Shown piece after piece: positions 1-10,746 of a DNA stretch of 64,000 bases. Where the stretch lies: the NCBI GenBank assembly GCA_905178155.1, contig CAJINV010000002.1, positions 5,017,709 to 5,081,708 of the forward strand. The letters are read 5' to 3'. Position numbers and translations under genes: made by a program. A model generated the notes under the pieces. It was not told the DNA's origin. It did no database searches and worked only from the letters and a program-made list of their open reading frames with translations. This stretch comes from Amoebophrya sp. A120. Lineage: Eukaryota > Protista > Dinoflagellata. Positions within the stretch are counted from its first letter, which is position 1. Each line of letters begins with the position of its first letter.

Positions 1-2225
1 GACTTCACGGCCATAGACATGTCGTTGTGAAGCCCCTCATTCCCCCGGATGGAAAACTTCACGGTCTTTCCCTTGTCGGCAACCTCGATCGACATGCCCT
101 GCTCGCTCAGCATTTTTGCCCCGGACGCGGGGAAGAACTCCTTTTGTCCCTTCACAACCGGCTGGATCGACTCGAGGAGAAAGCCTTGCTTGTTGGCCAT
201 ATTCGGGTCGGTCTCGTCGGCCTCGAAATCAGGATCAATAACCCAGGACTATCAAATGTAAAAATGTCTGGGTCTGGAAGGTTGGAACTTGTGATGCTAA
301 CTTTGAACTCTAAAAAAATCTGTATTGCATGACCAGCAAGAGGAGTCTAGTTTGTGCTACGCGGGGAGGGAATTTCTCATGCGGAATAGGCATCAGGAAG
401 CCGTCTAAAAATCTGTGATGCTAGGTCGTGCATTACAGACATCCTGAGTCATGCAAAATATGCATGACAAACCCTGCAACATTCCAGACCCAGACATTTT
501 TACATTTGATAAGGACAGTTGATAGTCGATTCGCTCCATCCGGACCATTTCCTGTTGCCCAGCATGATGATGATGATCTCTTTCACCAGCTCGGGAAGAA
601 GCAACAGATGAGGAAACCGGTTTTTGCGACACCCGAATCCCGGTGAACTTTTTCGGCAAGAGATCCGAAACGCGCTCGCTATTCGGTGCGTACATCATGT
701 TGACAATCGGGAGAAGAAATTTGTTCTTCTGGTTCGATTTGACCTGTCCGTTGTCGAACATCTCCCAGCACATCCGCTCCAGCCGGCGATAGTCGAAATC
801 AACATTATTCTCGATTTTCCGTAACAAATCCAGCGATTGCTGCTCAGTCTTCGGAAAGAGCGTGAACTGCACCTGCAGTAATTCCTTCCCTTGTAACCCC
901 TGGAACTGGTTTTCCGCCAAATTCGCGACTGCCACGTCCGGAAACCCGGCGCCGCCACCGGCACCCGCGGCGTCCGCGCGGTCTTCGGGCACGTGGTTCG
1001 GGAAGAAAAGCGGGGCGAGCTCCGGCAGATCGAGGTAGGCCATCTGCTTCTCTTTGTTTTCTCGTTTGTGGGACTGCAAAACGGCGGAATTTGTGCTCTC
1101 CGGCTCGTCGCTTTTACTCCCAGCGGTAGAAGTAGAGGACAACTGGTGCAACTTCTTGTCAAACAGGTTGAAGTTCTGCAGCAACATCCGTTCCACCACA
1201 CTGTACTGCTGCCACCCTTTCCCCGCAAAGTCCATCGAGAAGTGGATCCAGGAGGGGTAGTACCGAGTTGCCGAATCACGAAGCACCATCGCGTTCTGGC
1301 GGACCACCGGCGACCCATTCGGCACTAGAGCGACTGCGCGGGGCAGTTTCGTGATCAGGAAGTTGTTCATCCAATCGTAGGTGTCCTTTCTGGTCGGATA
1401 GTCGTTCTCCCAATCAAATTTCAACAGTCGCCCGCTCTGTTGGTCGCGCTGCTCAGGGTTGCGGATGCTCAGCCAGTAGGAATTTTCCTGCTTGTAGTCC
1501 TCGCTGTCTCCCATATCGTCCTTGACCAAGTCCATCGCGCGGTAGTCGTGAACCAAAAACGGGTGCAGGAACTTGTCCTGCAGGGAGGAGTCGGCGAGTT
1601 GCGGGATGAGTGCGTCTTTATTCACCTGCTGGAACTCTTTGGACAACCAGGTTAAATCCGTGTTCCCGCCGTTTGATAAGAACTGCGACGCTTTGTCTTG
1701 TCGTTTTTGCGCTACGGTCTTCGGCCGGCGCTTCGGCGGGGGGCCCAGGGGGGCGGCACCGCGCTGAACAGGGTCGTCTACTAAAGCGCGGTCTGGCTGT
1801 AATTGAACTTGTCCTCCTGCGGCCGCTCGCTCGGCCGCCCGCTGCTCCGCGAGCATCTCCGCGTTGCTGCGCGCGCCCCGGAACAAAACCTGCGGTCGGA
1901 CCGCATCCGCGGGGGTGGGCGGGAAACTCGACGGCGCTCGGGTGCTGATGTCCGAGAGCCGAGACACCTGGATCGAGGGGGTTTGCAGATAAGACATGGC
2001 ACTAGAGCTGGACGCGGAACTGCGACCGTGGGTTGCCGCTGCCCTCGGTGGCGGGGTCTCCAACAAACCGCCACGCGAAGAGGATGCTCCTGTGCCCAGC
2101 GGCGCCGGCGTCGCGGGAACCGAGGGCGCTCTCCGTTCTAGGGGTTCCATACCCAGATTCAAGGAGGCTGCTGTTGGCTGTGCGGACAGCAACAGAGTCG
2201 CGGAAAACGCGGTGCACGTCTTCAT
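1..2225 (-). CDS. Hypothetical secreted protein; 3' end runs off the window; one introner intron (250-511)
   Basis: Long ORF with Met at 2225 followed by a signal-peptide-like stretch (MKTCTAFSATLLLSAQPTAA). Removing 250-511 plus one AGGAC copy continues the frame (DYQLS|WVIDPDFEADETDPNMANKQGF...) with no stop down to base 1. Confidence 0.75.
250..511. mobile_element. Introner, family F1 (TIR TATCAAATGTAAAAATGTCTGGGTCTGGAA)
   Basis: Perfect 30-bp TIR (250-279 / 482-511); TSD AGGAC at 245-249 and 512-516; interior nearly identical to 25054-25318. Confidence 0.95.
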
Positions 2226-2809
2226 TTTGATACGGTTCTTGGGACGAAAACAAATAAGTAGGTCTGTTTGGCGGGTGACTGTGGTTCGGGAAAGCGAGAG
2301 TCTCAATAAAATGATGCAAATGCAGATGCAGTGGAAGTCTTTAGCAGGTGGCAAGAAAAGGTAAAGATGCAGCTACCAAACTGAATTGATGCAAAGTTAA
2401 GTGCAACTTGACTTTTCAAATAAAATTGACGTACAAGTTGTGATGAATTTGACTACAAGTCGTAGAAGAGGTTTTGGGGTTGCTTCTGACTGAGGTTGAG
2501 GCACTGTTATGTTTCGAGCAGGAATGACGATGACCTTCAAAAGTCTTGTTTTGTTTGATAATGATCTCGCTTCGTTTGCTGGTTTTCACGAAGAGCAAAA
2601 TCTCGACAGATCGATTTGAATTTCGTCACGAGCAGATCGCGTTGAACAAAATTTGCTAAGATTCCTTTTTTCGAAAAGATTGGACCGACAGAGGAACTGC
2701 TTTTGTGAAGTAGATTTCCGGCACCGACACATAAATGGAAAAGCTTCACGTGATCCGTGATTTTATGGGGAGCGCATGTCTATACGTCAGAAAGCGCGTG
2801 ATGCATTCT

Positions 2810-4340
2810 GCAGCCCGAGTACGCACAGATCAAAACTCTCATACTTGAATCGCAGCGCAGCAGACACCCCGGCGGTGCTACCGCACGCGGATACGTAGCG
2901 GCACCGAAGGGCGAGGGCCAGCGTCGGCGCTGCCATGGCGCGATGGCGCCCCAAAGCCGAAAACACCCCGGGGGGCAGCCGCGCAGAAGCGCCGCACGCC
3001 GGCCGCCGAAGAGGAAGCGACCCCGCCCCCCTAGCTGCGAAATGCAGGAACCTGGCAGGCCCCCCCCCGGGCGCCGCGGGGGAGTGACGTAGGGGGTCCC
3101 TCGGATCTGCGCGCTCGCGTGTCACCTCCTAAGGGAAGCACCTAGGGAATGCATCGAATCCAGCAGCGGCGACACTGCAGCCGGAGGCCTTTTCGTTCCG
3201 ATAGAGATCGCCACGCTCGTGGTGGAAGTTAGTTGCGCCGGGCCTACTGTGTCGCGCCGGGGTGCAGCCTCGACTGCCCCGCCGGGGCGCGGGCGCGGAA
3301 CGGATCCAGGACGCAAATGCCGCGGCGCGACCGATAACGCTTAGCCGCCGCGCTGCGATCCGGCCGCCTTCCGCCGGCACATCAATCACCCGCCGGGCCA
3401 GGATCTCCGCCCCGCCCCCCACCGCCGGCATTGACGACGCTAACAGCGGCAGCAGCCCCCGCGACATGTGCGCCGGCCGCCCGGCGGTTCGCGCCCGTCC
3501 GTGCTCCGTGGCTTCTTCCACCACAATGCGCGCGACGCCTGCGGGGGCCGCGCCTTCGTTCGAGCCCAGCAGTCGCGCGCCCGCCTTCATCATTGTCCGT
3601 GCGGGTGACAGCGTGGAACCCCGGCAAACACCAGGCCCAAAGCTCCCGGCCAGCGGGCGCACAATATCCCGGCTGGTGCGATCGCAGCCCGCTGCGGGCC
3701 GACAGCGGTGCCCCCGCCCGCCGCAGGCGACGCCGGCCGCGCTGTGCTTCGTGAAAACGCCGGCCCCCGGCCGCCGCGGAGGCACCGCGCGGGCGGCGGA
3801 GTGCCCACACTGCGGGCGCACCGCGGCGCCGCGGACAAAACAGAGGCCGCCCGCTTCTGGGGGCGCCTTCTGCGTGCTCCCCTGCTTGACGCTTCCCCCT
3901 GGCCCGTGTCCCGGCTAGGCCCCTGCCGGCTCGGGCCGCGGCGCTTCTGCGCCGCCCCGGGCCAGCGGGGCGGCAGCCGCGATTTCCTTCGCAGAAGGCA
4001 AAAAATCCTGAGTCGCGCCTTCCACTTCCTGCCTCTCCGGCAAAGCATCCTGCTTCGTGCCATCCTGCTCCACAGAAGGCAAGTCACGACCCTGCGCCGC
4101 TGCCGGTGCTTGCGCGCACCCCCGGGCCCGGCCGGCGGCCCCAGGACAAGCGGCGAGCCGCCTCCAACCCCGGCGCCTCTGGGGCGGCCGCCGTGCGTCG
4201 GGGCTCGCGGAGCCCCGATCCGCACTCCCGAGGCGCCGCGGGCTTTCCCTGCTTTGCGTGAGCGCGCGGCAGCGGAGCGGGGGACTTCCCCGCCGTCGTT
4301 CGCGCTGCGAACTTTCCGACCGGACGCAGCATTCAAATTC
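2810..4340. other. GC-rich intergenic island, probably a decayed insertion or pseudogene
   Basis: Visibly much higher GC than flanks; overlapping Ala/Arg/Gly/Pro-rich ORFs in many frames with no recognisable motif. Confidence 0.5.
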
Positions 4341-4617
4341 GAAAAGCTAGGCTTCCTTGCTTCCATGAGCCCTACAGAACATCGAGCGGTGCGGGGCACC
4401 CAAAAAACAGCACGAACACGAACAAATAACACATCGAAGCGCTGCGAGAAACTCGCCCAGTTCACAAAAGGCCCAGCGGACTCTATAAAAAGGAAAAAAA
4501 TATGTCTTGAAAGCTGTAAACTGCACGGCAGCAATGCTTTTATTTGTTTGTTGATGATGGTCATGTCGAACCGTTTGGAAGTTGTTCTTTCCTCTCACAC
4601 GGCAGCAATGCTTGCTT

Positions 4618-5823
4618 TCACATTTTTGATTTCATCTTCTCCCCACTCCCGCCCGCCTCCCCAGCACTCATCCCCGTCTTCACCAAACTCCCTCCATCCA
4701 CCACCACCGTCGTTCCGGTCAACCACGCTCCCGCTTCCGATGCCAAATACAAGCACGCGCCGCAAATATCCGCGTGTTTTCCGAGTCGCGGTTTTCCGAA
4801 ATCGCCGAGAATGTTCATCCGCTTCGCCAACTTTTCCTCTCCGACAAAATCAATAGTCCCGCGCATCATTCTGCTCGGGAACGCGCCCGGCGCGACGTTG
4901 TTGACCCGGATCTTGTAGACCGCCAATTTCGACGCCAAACTGGCGGTTAAGTGGTTCAGAGCGGCCTTACTCGCCTGGTAGCTGTAGGTCTCCATGCCCG
5001 GGATCCGCAGTCCGTTGACCGACGTGATGTTGATGATAGAAGCAGAAGCTGAAGAAGATGAGTCCACCGGTTTCATTGTAGTAGTCGACTCATCGCGAAG
5101 CAGTAGCTCCCGCGGCAAAACTAATGTGCTGTCGCACTGAGTTTTATTTCCTCTATCAATCCAAGCTGCAGAAGACAAGTTGTTCCTCTGTAGAACTCTG
5201 TCAAAAGCACAATTTTTCAGCAAAGGAAGCAACTCCTGGATCAAGAAGAACTGCGCTGTGACGTTCAACTCCATGACCTTTGAGAACATTTTCGCATCTT
5301 GCTTCTCCAACTCTGCGTTGTAATTCGTGCCCGCATTGTTGACCAAACAATCCACCCGGTTGTTGAAATGTTCCTCGCACCAAGCGCGGATTCTTTGCCT
5401 GCTTTCCGGCTTCGAGATGTCTATATCAGACAGGGAATAACACTTGCCGGAAACAGTTACATTTTCCTGTGCTGCCGCTTGGCTAAAGGAATCCTCGTCT
5501 TTCACTTGCAACTTCGCGGCCGAGCCGGTAGCATGGTGACTGGCTTTCGTCGCTGGGGGTTTCCTTGTTCTACGACCGTAGTGCGCGGTGAGCGCTGCCG
5601 CGTACTCACTGGTGTCCTTCCGGCTGCCAATTAGCACGTTTGCCCCGTTTTCCACAAAGCCTGCCGCGATCATAGCGCCGATACCGGATCCGCCCCCGGT
5701 GATTACGACATTTTTGCTCCGGACAGAGAAGAGGTTGTTGATGGCAAGAGACCCCACGGGCGGGAGAAAGTTCTCGTTTGCGACGGGTTTGGGCATTTTC
5801 CATGGGGTAGTATAAGAAGACAT
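4618..5823 (-). CDS. Classical short-chain dehydrogenase/reductase (SDR), RhlG-like
   Basis: TGGGSGIG Rossmann motif, NNAG, catalytic YQASK (YxxxK), IRVNNVAPG and the C-terminal TGTTVVVDGG; single ORF with low-complexity insertions. Confidence 0.93.
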   Translation of the reverse strand: MSSYTTPWKMPKPVANENFLPPVGSLAINNLFSVRSKNVVITGGGSGIGAMIAAGFVENGANVLIGSRKDTSEYAAALTAHYGRRTRKPPATKASHHATGSAAKLQVKDEDSFSQAAAQENVTVSGKCYSLSDIDISKPESRQRIRAWCEEHFNNRVDCLVNNAGTNYNAELEKQDAKMFSKVMELNVTAQFFLIQELLPLLKNCAFDRVLQRNNLSSAAWIDRGNKTQCDSTLVLPRELLLRDESTTTMKPVDSSSSASASIINITSVNGLRIPGMETYSYQASKAALNHLTASLASKLAVYKIRVNNVAPGAFPSRMMRGTIDFVGEEKLAKRMNILGDFGKPRLGKHADICGACLYLASEAGAWLTGTTVVVDGGSLVKTGMSAGEAGGSGEKMKSKM

Positions 5824-6434
5824 GAAAAACGGTCGTAGCAACAAGATTGAGGAGTTAAATGGTTCACTTGGGTCTCAATCAATGCAAGAGACTAGTACCG
5901 GAATGTCTACGACAAGTAGGGTACCAGTGAAGCTGCCGGGCTCTACGAATCACAGACGAAGAGACTCTGGGTATTTACGAGGCCGGCGCGCTCCGTCGAT
6001 TAACGACAGGAAATAAAAGCGACCTGGTTCAACCTACCCCCACGACACACATGTCTAGACAATTACGTGTTGACCGCGAATACATAGCTAGGATGTTTAA
6101 GAAGTCTAGGTCAGCACTCTATTCGAATAAAAAAATCAGAATCACAACCGACAGTGAGAGACCACTGGCGTACAGATTTTGTTGAGTAGATGCTGCGTAA
6201 CAACCGAGCCATTTGATTCCTCCGACAGTTTAAAGAGTTCGAACAAATTGCGGAACAGTGTTAACATCCAACCACGGTGTCACCAGTAATCCCCGCTGTT
6301 ATTCCTCTTGTTCGTCCCGTGGCTGAGACAGCACTGCAGAAATTTCTCTTCAACTTCACTGGGCTGCTCATCTGCTCGGTTGATAAATGCGTGCAGAGAC
6401 TCTGATTGTTTCTATCGTTAATTGCAGTTTCGCG

Positions 6435-7379
6435 TTATGGGTAGAAGATCGGCGCCGGCGCGTCGGCTTCCTCCAGCGCTTCGTCGTAAATCTCATCCCA
6501 GCTCCACTTCACCAACGGCGTCTCGTGGAAGGTATGCAATACAAATACCAGTTTTAGGTCGTGGCTCTCTTGCATAGAAAATTCACAAGTACTTTTCAAC
6601 TTACCCAGCTGTTGTGCAGAATAGTGCTCATGCGATGCAGCAGCAGTTGCAGTGTGGAAAATAACTTCCATGTAGCGTAGATGACACGGCTCTCTACGGC
6701 GCAAAAGAGACCGCCGCCCTCAACCATTGTATCCATTACATAAAACGCGTGAAAGACGTATGGTTTCTCCGCCAACGCGTGCAAATCCGGCTGGCAGTAG
6801 GGAACGCAGGTACCGTCACGCAACCGGGTATGCATGAAACACGGGTTGGTTTCGAGCAAGCGTTTGGTTCGGCGGGCCAAGTCTTCCGTCTCCTTAAATC
6901 GACGGGGGGCCATACGACCTTGAGTAATATTTTGTCGTGCATAATTCGTATGTCGTATGAGCTGCACCGGTTGTTTCTGCTTGTCATCATGCCTACTTCG
7001 AAAAATAAACACAGGTCATGCAAACAAAGGCGCTGCTAGTTGTAAAAGCGATACCAAAGTTGAAGTTTGTCTCTTCGATCACCCAATCTTCTGCTCCCTT
7101 TTCCAAATCCTTCCCCGTCACGGCCATACCTTTGCGGGTGGTACCAATTTCACATCACACATGCCATCACTAGCTACTCACAACATTTTTGCATGACAAA
7201 AACTACAGGTCATCATGATCATCATCCGGTCGTCGACGAAAACTAACACAAGAAACATCTAATCCAGTACTTGTGTATCCCGCAAATTTTCGCGTCTGCA
7301 CCACCTGCGGCAACTGCAGCTTCCCTGCACCGCTTGGCCGCAACCCTGCGCGCAGGGTGGCGAGAACAGAGCGCGTCAT
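6435..7379 (-). CDS. Small putative mitochondrial protein, probably 4 exons
   Basis: Arg-rich, acid-free presequence-like N-terminus (MTRSVLATLRAGLRPSGAGK). A canonical GT-AG intron at ~6920-7053 joins ...ETNFNF|GRMAPRRFKE. The degenerate introner 6533-6742 joins KPYVFHAF|HETPLVKW to the stop at 6435. First intron boundaries are uncertain. Confidence 0.55.
6533..6742. mobile_element. Degenerate introner
   Basis: TAT...ATA ends with a weak TIR; diverged TSD GAAGG/AAACG (both copies encode Ala-Phe on the minus strand); removal restores frame. Confidence 0.55.
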
Positions 7380-7836
7380 GGTCTTTTCCTTTGAACTGAC
7401 GTTTGTGTTTTTCTGGCTTGTTTGGAGCACTTTTGATACATCAAGCAATGACTTACGACTCTCACAGACACTGACAGAACTCAACTCCTCATCGGAAAAC
7501 CCACTCCGCTCTCTTGCATCGTAGGTCGTGGGGATCCAGGGAAATGACGCAAAGGCTCCGTCGCGCTCTGAAACAAAAAACGCGTAATGTGATGAAGGAA
7601 CATGAAACACACAACAAGCAATGCGAGACGGCCGCGAGCGAGTCTTTCCATACTTCGTAGGCTGTTGCGCAGCGAAAAAGCATTTCCTCTGGCTGTGCAT
7701 ACTTGTACAGTTTCGCAGCCACTGCAGCTCGGAAATGTCTTCCTTGCGGCTCTTGCTTGCTATTTCTGTCAGATCGAATAAACATCGAAAGCAGGCACTG
7801 ACGAGAAAAAAAACGGAACGCTCAACGCGCCGTCCG

Positions 7837-8220
7837 CTATCCATCCAGAAACAGTTTGCAAAAGCCGAGGAACCCACCGACGCCGAGTGTCAAAAAGCCC
7901 AGCTTTTCTGTCCTGCTCCAGTCCTTGTCCGCGATGACAAACCCAGCGATGCCCATGCTGATGAACAGTTTTCCCTGAAGCGCTATGGTTTCTGACATCA
8001 CCTGCGTGTTGCGGTCCATGCCAACCAGCATTTTCGACAGCAGTTCATCCTGCTTCTTGAACGCCTCCCGAAACGGCTTTTCCAGTTCCGGTAGCGCGGT
8101 CTTCACTGCGGTCTGCACCCACAGCTGTATGTCCGATTCCTGGATGAGGAAAGAAGAGATGGTCGAGCTCGGGGAAGATTTTTGCAGCTCGGAAACCGTC
8201 TTTGCGGCGGCGTCAAACAT
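7837..8220 (-). CDS. Small hypothetical membrane protein (127 aa)
   Basis: ATG-initiated ORF with protein-like composition and two hydrophobic C-terminal segments (LFISMGIAGFVIA; LGFLTLGVGGFLGFCKLF). Confidence 0.55.
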   Translation of the reverse strand: MFDAAAKTVSELQKSSPSSTISSFLIQESDIQLWVQTAVKTALPELEKPFREAFKKQDELLSKMLVGMDRNTQVMSETIALQGKLFISMGIAGFVIADKDWSRTEKLGFLTLGVGGFLGFCKLFLDG

Positions 8221-8389
8221 GATTTATGTCGTGCGATATGCGGCGATATTTGAGATTCGTTCTAGAGGCGACGACCAAAGGACAAAACTCTTTTTCACGG
8301 GGCAAAAAGAGAAGCTCGATACTTCTTGACCCTTCGAAACCACTCAACCTCTCAGCGTGACTAGCAGATCTTTCCACGGCAGCGGTAAC

Positions 8390-10100
8390 ACAGAAAGGCC
8401 AGCTGACGCGGAAAATGCACACACGGAAACCGCGGCCAAAGGCCCGCTTCTGTTGAGCGTACTATCTTCAAGCGGAGATGGAGTGGCAGCAGCCCCGTGC
8501 GCCAAGCGCCGGCGCGAGTGTGCGGGCGCGGGGCCGCTACCGCTGTGGCAGGGAGCCGAAAAGCGACGCGCGCGCGCCTTAAAAGCGAGCGCGGGGCGCC
8601 GGCCGGCGGACTGCGACGGCGCTGGAGTGGCCCCGCAAGTACCGGGCAGGGCGACCGCCCTCGCCACGCGCGAAGCACTGCTGCACTGCTCCGGGCCGTG
8701 CCGGGCTGTGCCCCATGCTGCCACCTCTCTGTCCGGATTGGGGGCCTGGCCGCTTCAAACCTGTCGAAGCCCCCGCGGCCCTCTGTCCTACGTTTTCCCC
8801 GAGTGTGCGCGTCGGTTCCCCGAGTGTGCGCTTCTGTCCGGATTGGGGACTTGACCGCCCCAAACCTGTCGGAGCCCCCGTGGCCCACCGTCCGACGTTT
8901 CCCCCGACTGTGCGCGTCGGTTCCCCGAGTGCGCGCTTCTGCCCGGGTTCGTACAAGATCGCCGTCGTCGCGGCTGCTCCGTTTGCGGGCAGGCTTGCTG
9001 CAACGCACGCGGGGCGCTTCTTGGTGGAGTCGAGCCAGGGCCCGCAGGCGGCGCGCGCCGGCTTTTTTGGCGCCGCGCCAGCCGACGGGCGCCGCCAGAA
9101 AGGTCGGGCCTTTTCGGCCGTCCGGGCCGGTTTCCTTTTTGAGCCAAGTTCTCAGCTTCGTCGGCACGGCCTTCCCCCCCCCCCGACGGATCCCAACCGG
9201 GGCAAGCCCCTGCCGCTCGGCGTCCTACTGCGGCACATTCAGTGGCGGGGCCGTAATCCGAGGCGCACCCGCCAAGCGGGCGCGCCACCTTGCCACTGCC
9301 CCAAGCGCCCCACCTCGCCACTGTCCGAGCGAACTCCCCCGCGACCAGCCCCGCCCCCGGCGCTCCCCGCCCGGCTGCGCTGAATGCCTTCCAGCAGCGG
9401 GCGCCGTGGCGCGGCTTTCGGCCTTCTATGCTTTGGCACCTTCCGCGCCCCCTGTGCTGCGCGCAAATGCGACCCGCAAAGGCGCTCGCCTGTTCGAGTG
9501 CCGGACTGGGTCTTTTTCTGCGATAGCGCAAGGGCCTGCCAAAAACAGCGCGCCCGCGATCGCGTTATTAAATGCGGCCCGGGCCTTCCTCGCCAGGCGC
9601 AAAAAAATGCGCGGCCGCAAACTTCGGGAAGCGCGCGCGCCTGCTTTCTTTGCGTGCCAGGTATCTGCACTGGCGCGCCCCCAAGCACGCTGCCGCATGC
9701 GGGCGCCGTGGCTGCATCCGCTGCGCCCGGGCCGGCGAGCCAGCGCAATCCGCATAGCTGCCAAGAGCCAGCGTATGCATCCGCGGATCCGCGTGGCCGC
9801 TTAGCCACGTGCTTCCGGATTACGCTGGGCCTCGGGCGCATCGCTGGCCAATTGCAGTAAGCTGGCGACCGCGCCCCAGGTCTTTGGCCGGCACAACCGC
9901 TCTGCCCGCCTAATTTCCAAACCCACTGCGGCACCCGGGGGAACAGGCTTCCGCGCATTGCCCGAGTGCTGCCGGCGAGCAAGCTAGCCCACACTATGGA
10001 AAAGCGGTAGGGGCGCGGCCAATCTCAAAAAATCGAGCGCCGGCAAACTTTAGCAGCACGCACGTCCGCGCTCAGTAATTTTCGCCGGAATGAAGAACGC
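8390..10100. other. GC-rich intergenic island
   Basis: High GC, ARGP-rich ORFs in all frames; contains the 105-bp tandem duplication. Confidence 0.5.
8728..8946. repeat. Tandem duplication, 105-bp unit x2 plus start of a third
   Basis: TCTGTCCGGATTGGGG at 8728 and 8833, and TCTGCCCGGG at 8938; units align along their length. Confidence 0.85.
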
Positions 10101-10746
10101 AGTCAGAGCAACTACCCCGGCAAAACCTCACCGCCACGGTGTGATACTAGTCAGGCTCAGATGTATTTTAAACAACCCGCATCAAGCGGTGGCGAAAATG
10201 CGTGCAGTAAAATTTTATCAAAGTCATCCGCTCTTTCTCTTCCCTGTGTGTCTCGGGTACAAAAAGCGTAGAAGTTTGCAGAAACCCGCGCCCCACCGCC
10301 TGTCGCATTAAGTACCTACCGAGAAAAAGACAAATACAGTGTGCAAGGAGACGCGGCAGCGCGGGTCTGGAACGCCTCAAATACAGGGTAGCTCATGTTA
10401 AAAAATTTCGAAATGCGAGAAGAAGTGATAAGAACAATAAATAGGTGATGGGGTTGGTACAAGCAGATTTACTAGTACAGAAGCGAAGAGGATGCTCACT
10501 ATTGCCCTTTACCATCATTATGCATTTTTTCAAACGAGATTTTGCAAAGGAGCGCCTAGACCCTTGCCCCAGCAACTTCTGGTAACGAAATCAAAGGCTC
10601 GTCCTCGGAGCGTACTGATCTCGCTTTTTGAATAATGTAGTATATGAAGTGCTCATATCAACTTCAACGCACTCCCCTTTCGACACCAGAGGAGGAGCAA
10701 CGGCTCGCTTGACATCACACCGGCCTGAACATCAAAACACACCTCC

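Noticed and set aside
6202-6216. ACCGAGCCATTTGA resembling the dinoflagellate spliced leader
   Set aside because: Short partial match only, and on the strand opposite to the neighbouring genes.
2787-10000. Long overlapping ORFs (e.g. 3708-4856, 8497-9804) as genes
   Set aside because: They are ARGP-rich, open in several frames because of high GC, and lack motifs.
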